A stretch of DNA of 13,756 bases from Vulcanimicrobiota bacterium. GTDB lineage: Bacteria > Vulcanimicrobiota > Vulcanimicrobiia > Vulcanimicrobiales > Vulcanimicrobiaceae. Below, in pieces: positions 1 through 7,233 of the stretch (position 1 is the stretch's first letter; every line of letters begins with the position of its first letter). The notes below the pieces were generated by a model. That model was not told the DNA's origin, made no database searches, and saw only the letters and a program-made list of their open reading frames with translations. The stretch lies in NCBI GenBank assembly GCA_003133025.1, contig PKZK01000179.1, positions 1-13,756 of the forward strand, given 5' to 3'. A program made the position numbers and the translations under genes.

Positions 1-283
1 CGTCGGGCTATCCGCGGGGCGCTGCAGTGCGAAGCGATAGCGGCGTGCGTCGCAGCTCGGGGCGATAATTTTAGCGAAGGCTGCTCGCTGAAGCCCGACT
101 CGCCGTCGCCCGGCGTATCGTAGGGATTCCCCCCATACTCGTGAGGGCCGCTGGGCGGTAAGGTCGAGTCGACCCCTTCCGATACGGGACGCGCTCGCTG
201 CTGTCGAGAGCATCGGCCATGGCGCAGTTTCCGATAGGCCGGCTGGTTCACCACTGCTTTCAACAGTTCGGAAAGGACCCGAC

Positions 284-1267
284 ATGGGACGTTCCAAGAA
301 GATTTTGCGCGTATTCTTGCCCGGCGTCGCACTGCTCAGTTTTGCCGCTTGTTCGGGCAACCCGGGCCAAAGCGCTTCGTCAAACGCCGGAGCGGCCGCT
401 CCCGGGCTCGTTCCCGCGGCCAACTTTCTCGACGGCGTTTCTCACGCAAAGAAGAAGACGCTCAAGGGACTCTACGTTGCGTCGAACGCCGGCAACGACG
501 TCGATATCTACTCTGAGGCGAAAGCCGGAGGCCTCATCGGCTCGCTCAGCGGTCCGTTTAGCGCTCCGCAGGGCATCTACATCAATCCCAGCGGGACGGT
601 GTACATCGGCGACACCAATAACGATCGGATCCTGGTCTACGCGAACGGCTCGACGACCCCGACCCAAACCTTGAGCGACGAGGGCCTTCCGCGGGAGATC
701 ACGGGCGATAGCAACGGCACCATCTATGCGGGCAACGTGACCCAAGGTAACGTCGCCGTCTACACGGCCGGGGCTACCTCGCCGACGTCGTATCTGACGG
801 TGCCGAACGCCGTGACCGTTCTGGGCGTCGCCGTCGATGCGAGCAACGACCTTTTCGTATCGTTCGACACCGAGGCCGGCGGGAACGGAAGCGGTCAGGT
901 CGTGGAGTTTCCGGCCGGATCGTCGACGCCGACCAACCTCGGCATTACCCTGGTGTCGGCGTCGGGTCTCGCAGTGGATAAGAAGCAGAATCTCATCGTT
1001 GCCGACAGCGCCGACAGCGATCCGAGTCAGGCCGCCGTCTACGTCTTCCCGCCGGGAAGCAACAAGCCGTCGCAGACGCTGAGTTTGCCCAACACCTACC
1101 CGATCGGGGTCGCGCTGAGTCCGAACGATAAAACGTTGTTCGTCGGTGACGCCGACACCGACCGAGTCCTGGACTTCACCTATCCCAAACTAAAACTGCA
1201 CGAGACGATCGCAACGAGCGGCGGGTCTCCCAACAGCATCGCCGTCTACCCCGCCGCCGTTCCGTAG
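284..1267 (+). CDS. Lipoprotein with NHL-type six-bladed beta-propeller, 327 aa
   Basis: AAGGA RBS at 273-277. Signal peptide ends in lipobox FAA-C, followed by a Ser/Ala-rich linker. Repeated blades: PQGIYINPSGTVYIGD, PREITGDSNGTIYAGN, VLGVAVDASNDLFVS, ASGLAVDKKQNLIVAD, PIGVALSPNDKTLFVGD. The terminal PNSIAVYP strand could close with the N-terminal GLYVASN...VDIY. Confidence 0.85.
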   Translation: MGRSKKILRVFLPGVALLSFAACSGNPGQSASSNAGAAAPGLVPAANFLDGVSHAKKKTLKGLYVASNAGNDVDIYSEAKAGGLIGSLSGPFSAPQGIYINPSGTVYIGDTNNDRILVYANGSTTPTQTLSDEGLPREITGDSNGTIYAGNVTQGNVAVYTAGATSPTSYLTVPNAVTVLGVAVDASNDLFVSFDTEAGGNGSGQVVEFPAGSSTPTNLGITLVSASGLAVDKKQNLIVADSADSDPSQAAVYVFPPGSNKPSQTLSLPNTYPIGVALSPNDKTLFVGDADTDRVLDFTYPKLKLHETIATSGGSPNSIAVYPAAVP

Positions 1268-1273
1268 CCGGCA

Positions 1274-1651
1274 CTAGAAGTTCCCGCAGGGCGTGCGGTC
1301 TGCGGGCCATCCCGAGCACAGCTTCTTTGCGGTCGCCGCAGGGATGCCGTGTTGCACGAGAATGCTCACCCCGGTCACGCCGCCGTCGGCGTACACGTTG
1401 GTCCATTTCCCGCCCGAGGCGCGCTTGAACGCGCGCGGCCCGGAGCCTTCCGGATTGCCGTACCACTGCAGCAGTGCGTAATCGCCGACGACGTGCACGT
1501 CGCCGATGCTATCCTTGGGAAACTTCTGGTGCTCCGCCGCCTTGACCGCAGCGACGTCGGCCTTCGGGCCGACGTCGGCGGCGGAAGCCGCGAGCAGCGA
1601 ACACACCATCGCCACGCCGGCCGCGAGCGAACCTGCGAGAACATTGCGCAT
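1274..1651 (-). CDS. Small secreted hypothetical protein, 125 aa
   Basis: Strong AGGAGGT RBS just upstream on the minus strand. Sec-type signal ends ASA-AD. C-terminal Cys pair (LCSGWPADRTPC). Convergent with the gene at 284-1267, stops 6 bp apart. Confidence 0.8.
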   Translation of the reverse strand: MRNVLAGSLAAGVAMVCSLLAASAADVGPKADVAAVKAAEHQKFPKDSIGDVHVVGDYALLQWYGNPEGSGPRAFKRASGGKWTNVYADGGVTGVSILVQHGIPAATAKKLCSGWPADRTPCGNF

Positions 1652-1697
1652 GGGACGACCTCCTGAGTTTGGCGTGGAGCGGTGCCGGTTGGTTCGG

Positions 1698-1859
1698 CTA
1701 CACGATGCGCGAACCCCGGTTGAAGAAGACGTACCAGAGCACGACGATCGCCAGCAGCGTGCCGACGCCGTAGCCGAAGATGTTTTGCATCGCCGGCACG
1801 AACAGCGCGAACGCGATGTAGAGGACGATCAACAGGAGGAGCAGGTAGCGTGCGTTCAT
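1698..1859 (-). CDS. Small membrane protein with two TM helices, 53 aa (MNARYLLLLL...FNRGSRIV)
   Basis: GAGGGG RBS precedes the ATG at 1859, which I prefer over 1922. Two hydrophobic stretches with a short linker and basic residues at both ends. Confidence 0.7.
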   Translation of the reverse strand: MNARYLLLLLIVLYIAFALFVPAMQNIFGYGVGTLLAIVVLWYVFFNRGSRIV

Positions 1860-1890
1860 GCTTCCCCTCTTCCCGTTTCGAGCGAGACCT

Positions 1891-1914
1891 AACGCGGATG
1901 ATACGCCGCTGTTC
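1891..1914 (-). promoter_or_regulatory. Putative ECF-sigma promoter GAAC-N16-CGTT
   Basis: Minus strand reads tGAAC-agcggcgtatcatccg-CGTTa, about 30 nt before the 1859 ATG. Matches the generic ECF AAC/CGT pattern. Confidence 0.4.
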
Positions 1915-1942
1915 AAGCCCATGGTCGTTCTGAGCCAACCGC

Positions 1943-2032
1943 CTAGTGCAGCGCGATGCCCGTTGGCCCGTCGACGACCTTCGCGAGCGTCGGCTTAACG
2001 GCTTTGCCTTTGTTGGAGTAGCTCGTCACGTT
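1943..2032 (-). pseudogene. Orphan C-terminal remnant of an NHL/beta-propeller gene (NVTSYSNKGKAVKPTLAKVVDGPTGIALH*)
   Basis: Manual translation of the minus strand. The V-x-x-Y...T-L...G-P-x-G-I-A-L-x-stop pattern parallels the end of the 284-1267 protein (VLDFTYPKLKLHETIATSGGSPNSIAVY). No convincing RBS. Confidence 0.55.
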
Positions 2033-2074
2033 CCGCGCGAGTGTACCCGCTTGCGCGCCGCCATGGCGGGAACC

Positions 2075-3217
2075 CTACGGCTCGCGCATCGCGGAAGGCG
2101 TGACCAGGTACTTCTCGCCCGTCGCCCGTTTGGCGTACGCTCGGACGACGTCGGGCGACAGCATCTCGACGAGCGAGATCTCCGCCGTATAGGTGCTGGC
2201 GAACGTCGTGGTCAGTTCGGCTGCAACGCGATCGCGCAGGCGCGCGGCGTCTTGCGGCCCGATCTTGGCCAGGAACCACGTGACCAGCCAACCGCCGATG
2301 CCCCAGGCCATGCCGAAGCTGCGGTCGAGCACGGTCGGCGACGGGTCGAGGCCGCCATAGATGTAGACCTGCTTATTGACGGCCGACCCGTAGCGGTCGA
2401 ATGCTGCGCCTCGGCTCAACACCGTCTCGATGCTCTTGAGTATCGTTGCGGCAAGCGTGCCGCCGCCGATCGCATCGAAGGCCAGGGTCGCGCCCGTCGC
2501 GCTTATCGCCTCCACGAGGTCGTCGACGAAGCGCGGTTGCGAGCTGTCGACGACGTGCGCGGCTCCAGCCTGGCGCAGCAGCTCGGCCTGCGATTCGTTG
2601 CGCACGACGTTTACGAGCGCAATGCCGTCCGCCAAACACAGCCGGTTGAGCATCTGGCCGAGATTCGATGCCGCGGCCGTGTGGATGAGCGCCGAGTGTC
2701 CCTCGCGCCGCATGGTCTCGACCATGCCGAGCGCCGTCAGCGGGTTGATGAACGCGGATGCGCCGTCTTTCGCCGTCACGCCGTCGGGCAACGCCAGACA
2801 CTCCGCCGCCTTGGCGACGCGATAGTGCGCGTACATCCCGCCGGCGCGCGTCGCGACGATTCGCCCGAGCAGCGCCGTCGCTTCCGCGCCCGCCGCGACC
2901 ACGTGCCCCGCCCCTTCGTTTCCGACGGGCAGCGGCGTGTCGATTCGCCCCGCGACCGACGCCAGGCGTGCCTCGGGAATCGTCGCGGTCAACGTTGGGC
3001 GTTCGGGCGTGCCGCCCGCACGCAAGGTGGACAGATCCGCGGGCCCGAGGAGCAGTCCCTGGTCCGATGGGTTGATCGGCGTTGCTTCGACGCGCACGAG
3101 CACTTCGTCGGCAGCGAGTTCGCGTGCCGGCGCCTCCTCGAGCCACAGGCGCAGTTCGCCTTCGGGCGTGATCAGCGAGCGCAACTCGAGTCCCGAAAAT
3201 TCCGTGCGGTCGTTCAT
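2075..3217 (-). CDS. Zn-independent medium-chain dehydrogenase/reductase (enoyl-thioester/quinone reductase-like), 380 aa
   Basis: Motifs EVLVRVEATPINPSD and VGNEGAGHVV (N replaces the H of the Zn-binding GHE), FINPLTALGM, and nucleotide-binding HTAAASNLGQM. The ATG at 3217 overlaps the upstream TGA (ATGA). Confidence 0.88.
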   Translation of the reverse strand: MNDRTEFSGLELRSLITPEGELRLWLEEAPARELAADEVLVRVEATPINPSDQGLLLGPADLSTLRAGGTPERPTLTATIPEARLASVAGRIDTPLPVGNEGAGHVVAAGAEATALLGRIVATRAGGMYAHYRVAKAAECLALPDGVTAKDGASAFINPLTALGMVETMRREGHSALIHTAAASNLGQMLNRLCLADGIALVNVVRNESQAELLRQAGAAHVVDSSQPRFVDDLVEAISATGATLAFDAIGGGTLAATILKSIETVLSRGAAFDRYGSAVNKQVYIYGGLDPSPTVLDRSFGMAWGIGGWLVTWFLAKIGPQDAARLRDRVAAELTTTFASTYTAEISLVEMLSPDVVRAYAKRATGEKYLVTPSAMREP

Positions 3218-4023
3218 GCAGGCCACCACGCGCGGAGCGCCGCCGCGAAGCGCTCGCGCTCTTGCGCTCGGAAGGCGATGTCGGCGTCGCCCCACACGAT
3301 GAGCGCAGGTTTTTCGCGCAGCGCCTCGAGCGCCGTCGCGCACGTTGCCAAGAACGCGCGCGAGTGCAAGATGCTACGCGGAAAGATGTAGGTCGGCATG
3401 CGTCGCTCGGGTGTCGGCAGCGGACGCCGATAAGCTTCCATGATCGCGGGCGTCACCCGCTCGCGCTTGATGCCCGCCGGGATCAGAAGATTGACGAACG
3501 CGTTCCAGCGCCTGATCGCGATCTTGCCCACCGGGCCTCCCATCGTTCGCGAGAACATCTCAAAGTGAAAGTCACCGTTCACCGGCCAGCAGAAGGTGTT
3601 GCCCACCACGAGCCGCTCGACACGCGCCGGGTCGAGCCCCGCCACGTACAAACCGATCGGGCCGCCCCAATCTTGCACGACCGGCGTGAACGACGCCAAG
3701 CCCAGCGCTTCGACGAATGCGGACAGCACCCGTGCGTGTTCCTCGGGCAGAAAGCCGTAGCCCGGCGGCGCGGTGGAGAGCCCGAATCCCGGCAGGTCGG
3801 GTGCGATGCAGCGGAAGCTATCGCGCAGCTGCGGGACGAGCCGGCGAAAGAGATAGCTCCACGTCGGATTGCCGTGGATCATCAAGAGAACGGGCCCCGT
3901 CCCCTCATCGAGGTAGTGCACGCGCGCCCCGGCGACGTCGGCGAAGCGGCTCGCGAACGGGAAACTGCCCGGAGCGAGACCCAGTGCGGTCTCCGCGTGG
4001 GACGACTCTGCGCTGACGTGCAT
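3214..4023 (-). CDS. Haloalkane dehalogenase subfamily III (DmbC/OleB-like) alpha/beta hydrolase lacking the catalytic His segment, probably inactive, about 269 aa
   Basis: Motifs HYLDEG, HGNPTWSY, APDLPGFGLS, nucleophile QDWGG, GNTFCW and acid WGDAD are present. The protein then ends ERFAAALRAWWPA with no GH-x-x-QED. Start taken at ATG 4023 (GGAG upstream). Confidence 0.85.
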   Translation of the reverse strand: MHVSAESSHAETALGLAPGSFPFASRFADVAGARVHYLDEGTGPVLLMIHGNPTWSYLFRRLVPQLRDSFRCIAPDLPGFGLSTAPPGYGFLPEEHARVLSAFVEALGLASFTPVVQDWGGPIGLYVAGLDPARVERLVVGNTFCWPVNGDFHFEMFSRTMGGPVGKIAIRRWNAFVNLLIPAGIKRERVTPAIMEAYRRPLPTPERRMPTYIFPRSILHSRAFLATCATALEALREKPALIVWGDADIAFRAQERERFAAALRAWWPA

Positions 4024-4215
4024 CGAGCGGCGGTACTCCCTACGACCTTGGCAACCCCTCCGGCGCACGATGGGGACTTCGCTCGCTTTGTCAGCACGCC
4101 GGCGAGGTCCGTCAGCGCCATGTCAGTGCGCGGTGATTTGATAGGGCCGAAGCACGGAGCACCTCCGTGCAGAGCCTACCACCACCACTCACTCACACTG
4201 CTAGGAGATCCCCCA

Positions 4216-5220
4216 ATGCGTCACATCCAGCGCGCCCTCGCGCCCCTTTCCGCTCTCGCCCTGCTCCCGCTGCTCGCGGCCTGCAGCGGCGCCGGTTCCT
4301 CGGCCCTCTCGCCCGCCGCCCTGCCCGCACAGTCGTCGTCCAAGCTCGCGTCCAAGTCGGTCGACGCGCTGGTCCCGGCCGCCGGCAGCTACACCTTCAC
4401 GACCCTGACCAATAGCGGCGACCCGACCTTCAACCAGTTGCTCGGCATCAACGACAGCGGCCTCATCGCCGGGTACTTCGGCGTCGGCACGAAGCAAAGC
4501 CCCAACAAGGGCTACACCTTGGCCTCGCCCTACGGTCCGAGCGATTACACGAACGAGAACTTCCCCGGCTCGGTGATGACGCAGGTCACCGGCATCAACA
4601 ACGCCGGCTCGACCTCCGGCTTCTGGGTCGACAAGCACGGCAACAACTACGGCTTCACGTACGTCAACGGCGCCTTCACGAGCTATTCGGATCAAGCCAA
4701 CGGCGGCGGCAACTTCAACCAACTGCTCGGCATCAACGACCACGGGTACGCAGTCGGCTTTTACACCGATAGCAACGGCATGAACCACGGCTACCGGCTC
4801 ACGCTCGCCGGACAAGTCTTCACCGAGATCGTTCCGCCCAGCGGCGGCTCGAACCTCAGCGCCACCGGCATCGACGACCAAGACGACGTCACCGGATTCT
4901 ACACGAACTCCTCGGGCACGGTTGTCGGATTCATCCTCAAGATGAAGACCTTCACGACCCTCTCGTATCCCGGTTCGATGTCGACCACGCCGTTCGGCAT
5001 CAACGAGAAGGACGAGATCGTCGGCTCGTACGTCGACGGCTCGGGCACGCAACACGGTTTCACCCTGACCAACGCGCTCAAGAAGCCGGTCTGGACCACC
5101 GTCGACAACCCGAACGGTGTCGGCAGCACCACGATCAACGGCGTGAACACGAAGGGCGAACTGGTCGGCTTCTATCAGCCCACCCCGACGACGTCCTACG
5201 CCTTCATCGCGACCAAGTAA
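4216..5220 (+). CDS. Lipoprotein with six GINxxG-x-x-x-G-F/Y (HAF-like extracellular) repeats, probable beta-propeller, 334 aa
   Basis: AGGAG RBS at 4203-4207 and ATG at 4216. Lipobox LAA-C. Repeats: LGINDSGLIAGYF, TGINNAGSTSGFW, LGINDHGYAVGFY, TGIDDQDDVTGFY, FGINEKDEIVGSY, NGVNTKGELVGFY. Confidence 0.85.
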   Translation: MRHIQRALAPLSALALLPLLAACSGAGSSALSPAALPAQSSSKLASKSVDALVPAAGSYTFTTLTNSGDPTFNQLLGINDSGLIAGYFGVGTKQSPNKGYTLASPYGPSDYTNENFPGSVMTQVTGINNAGSTSGFWVDKHGNNYGFTYVNGAFTSYSDQANGGGNFNQLLGINDHGYAVGFYTDSNGMNHGYRLTLAGQVFTEIVPPSGGSNLSATGIDDQDDVTGFYTNSSGTVVGFILKMKTFTTLSYPGSMSTTPFGINEKDEIVGSYVDGSGTQHGFTLTNALKKPVWTTVDNPNGVGSTTINGVNTKGELVGFYQPTPTTSYAFIATK

Positions 5221-5247
5221 CGCGCAGCAGGTTAACGTCCCCAAAAC

Positions 5248-5287
5248 GGCCCGGGTGCGAGCGCTTCGCCCCCGGGCCCTTTCCTTT
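5248..5287 (+). terminator. Rho-independent terminator
   Basis: Hairpin GGCCCGGG-t-GCGA-gcgct-TCGC-c-CCCGGGCC followed by CTTTCCTTT, 27 nt after the stop at 5220. Confidence 0.75.
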
Positions 5288-5329
5288 GCCGGACGCTCGA
5301 GCGCGGAGAAATGAGAATTCGGAGAGAAC

Positions 5330-5354
5330 GAACTAGTAACGGACGCAAGACGTT
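5330..5354 (+). promoter_or_regulatory. Putative ECF-sigma promoter GAAC-N17-CGTT
   Basis: GAAC-tagtaacggacgcaaga-CGTT lies between the terminator and the RBS of the YXWGXW gene. Confidence 0.45.
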
Positions 5355-5408
5355 TCCCCCGCAGATGATCTTGCAATCCTCCATCCTTTCCGAACCAGGA
5401 GCATGCTA

Positions 5409-6407
5409 ATGCGCCTTCTCAGCGTCTTGCCGCGCATCGGGATCCTCGCGATCCTGTTCGCGGTCGCGGTTCCGCCTGCACCGGCGCCCGCACAAGTTTC
5501 GATCGGCGTCGGCGTCGCGATCAACATCGGGCCGCCGCCGATTCCCGTCTACGTTCCGCCCCCGGTTCCGCAGCCGAATCTGATCTGGACTCCGGGCTAT
5601 TGGCAGTACGGCCCCTACGGTTACTTCTGGGTTCCCGGCGCATGGGTGCCGGCGCCCTATCCCGGTTACCTCTGGACCCCCGGTTATTGGGGTTACGGGG
5701 GCGGCCGCTACGCCTGGCACGCCGGCTATTGGGGCCCGCACGTGGGCTTCTACGGCGGCGTGAATTACGGCGCCGGCTACTTCGGCGTCGGCTTCGTGGG
5801 CGGCCAGTGGGCCGGCGGCGCGTTCCGCTACAACACCGCCGTGTACAACAACATCAACACGACGATCATTCACAACACGTACATCAACAAGACCGTCATC
5901 AACAACAACTACTACACCAGATCGCGTACCAGCTACTACGGCGGCCCGGGCGGCTTGACTCGTCCGCCGTTGCCCAACGAGACGGCGTACTCGCACGAGA
6001 CGCACGTCCCGGCGACGCCCATCCAGCGTCAGCACGTGCAAAACGCCCGCCTCGATCGCAACAACCTGGCCAGCGTCAACAAAGGTAGCCCGCTGACGCC
6101 CGCCGTTGCGCGCCCGTTGACGAAGGAAAACCGGCCGACGACGTTTGCGCCGGTCAAGGAATCCGACAAGATGGGAGGCGCAAACGGAGACTATCGCGCC
6201 AACCATCCGCAGTACGACGAGAACCATCCCGTGAAGCCGGCGGGTCAGAATCCGCCGCACCACAACAGCATGCAGGGCGAACAGAATCAAACGCATCATG
6301 CGCAGGGCAACGGTGGCGGACACAAGGTCCAGAACCCGCCGTCGGAAGCCAAGCAACACCCGCAGAACGAAGAGCACCCGAAGGAAGAGCACAAGCCGCC
6401 GCGTTAG
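5409..6407 (+). CDS. Secreted YXWGXW (WXXGXW) repeat protein with Asn-rich segment and disordered His/Gln/Glu tail, 332 aa
   Basis: AGGAG at 5397-5401 has better spacing to ATG 5409 than to 5403. Signal peptide ends APA-QVSIG, then a Pro-rich stretch. Repeats: IWTPGYW, FWVPGAW, LWTPGYW, AWHAGYW. Confidence 0.88.
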   Translation: MRLLSVLPRIGILAILFAVAVPPAPAPAQVSIGVGVAINIGPPPIPVYVPPPVPQPNLIWTPGYWQYGPYGYFWVPGAWVPAPYPGYLWTPGYWGYGGGRYAWHAGYWGPHVGFYGGVNYGAGYFGVGFVGGQWAGGAFRYNTAVYNNINTTIIHNTYINKTVINNNYYTRSRTSYYGGPGGLTRPPLPNETAYSHETHVPATPIQRQHVQNARLDRNNLASVNKGSPLTPAVARPLTKENRPTTFAPVKESDKMGGANGDYRANHPQYDENHPVKPAGQNPPHHNSMQGEQNQTHHAQGNGGGHKVQNPPSEAKQHPQNEEHPKEEHKPPR

Positions 6408-6427
6408 GCTCGACGTTCACCCGCACG

Positions 6428-6468
6428 AGAAGGCGTACCGCAAAACGGTGCGCCTTCTTTCTTTATTT
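6428..6468 (+). terminator. Rho-independent terminator
   Basis: 13-bp stem AGAAGGCGTACCG / CGGTGCGCCTTCT (one U-G pair), loop CAAAA, followed by TTCTTTATTT. Confidence 0.88.
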
Positions 6469-6525
6469 CAGGAGAGCGTCGGAGGCACACGAGGCGCGGC
6501 GCATCGCGGGCCGAATCTGCGCCCG

Positions 6526-7080
6526 ATGCGAGAGAAGCTCCTGGCCGAGTTGGCGCTCTACGAACCCGCCGGCACGCGCGAACGGGAGATGCTCGAGCGA
6601 CTGCGCGCATTCGTTGCGGCGAATCCGGACTGTTTCGAGCGGACGTTGGCGATCGGTCACGTGACCGGCTCGGCCTGGGTCGTCGACCGCGACCGTGAAG
6701 CGGTCCTACTGACGCACCACCGGAAGCTCGACCGCTGGCTTCAACTCGGCGGCCACGCCGACGGTGATGGCGACATCCGGCGCGTGGCGCTCCGCGAAGC
6801 CGTCGAGGAGTCGGGGCTGGAGGATATCGTCCTCGCGCAGGACGGCATCTACGACATCGACGTGCACGAGATCCCCGCGCGCGGCAGCGAACCCGCGCAC
6901 CTCCATTATGACGTGCGCTTTGCATTCTACGCCGACCGCGGGACCGCGCCCGTTGTCTCCGGAGAATCGCACGAAGTCGCATGGGTGCCGCTCGCCGACC
7001 TGCCCGCATTTGGGGTAGACGAGTCGGTCCTCCGTTTGGCGAAAAAGACGACGGCTCTTCCGGCCATTTGTCGGCCGTAA
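6526..7080 (+). CDS. Nudix hydrolase, 184 aa
   Basis: Nudix box GGHADGDGDIRRVALREAVEESGL plus GHVTGSAWVV and HLHYDVRF motifs. ATG 6526 chosen because the longer ORF start would span the terminator. Confidence 0.88.
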   Translation: MREKLLAELALYEPAGTREREMLERLRAFVAANPDCFERTLAIGHVTGSAWVVDRDREAVLLTHHRKLDRWLQLGGHADGDGDIRRVALREAVEESGLEDIVLAQDGIYDIDVHEIPARGSEPAHLHYDVRFAFYADRGTAPVVSGESHEVAWVPLADLPAFGVDESVLRLAKKTTALPAICRP

Positions 7081-7099
7081 TGTAAAGAAATGCCCGCTG

Positions 7100-7233
7100 A
7101 ACCGGATATCACCGAATAGGTCGGCCTCGCAGGCGGCTATCGAGTGCCGTGGAGCGGAGATTATCCGGAAAAACTTTTCGCCCGGCTCGTTCGATATGCA
7201 GGGACACCGTTACCGGTTAATCAAGTTTAGCAT
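7100..7233 (+). promoter_or_regulatory. Promoter region with three WWCCGGWW boxes and a possible -10 (TAGCAT)
   Basis: AACCGGAT at 7100-7107, ATCCGGAA at 7163-7170, TACCGGTT at 7211-7218, and TAGCAT at 7228-7233. Confidence 0.3.

Noticed and set aside
2075..2077. Programmed TAG read-through (pyrrolysine) fusing the reductase to the propeller remnant
   Set aside because: The reductase is complete at the TAG, no pyl genes are seen, and a lone blade would be unlikely to fold.
3218..3343. N-terminal extension of the reductase, or a frameshift restoring the hydrolase His
   Set aside because: No frame around 3214-3260 encodes a GH-x-x-QED-like motif, and the ATGA overlap supports the start at 3217.
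1946..3391. 481-aa plus-strand ORF
   Set aside because: Antisense shadow of the MDR reductase. Arg-rich, no motifs, typical of high-GC DNA.
3262..4215. N-terminal extension making a 652-aa ORF, including HHHS
   Set aside because: Antisense to the hydrolase. The real start is 4216, which has an RBS and a lipoprotein signal.
5580..5740. Repeated tgg...cc(c/g)gg units as a possible CRISPR or tandem array
   Set aside because: Explained by the WxxGxW protein repeats. No constant repeat-spacer structure.
4201..6392. Long minus-strand ORFs 4201-5376 and 5406-6392
   Set aside because: Antisense shadows of the two well-supported plus-strand genes.
6298..6525. Upstream extension of the Nudix ORF
   Set aside because: Overlaps the YXWGXW gene and crosses a strong terminator.
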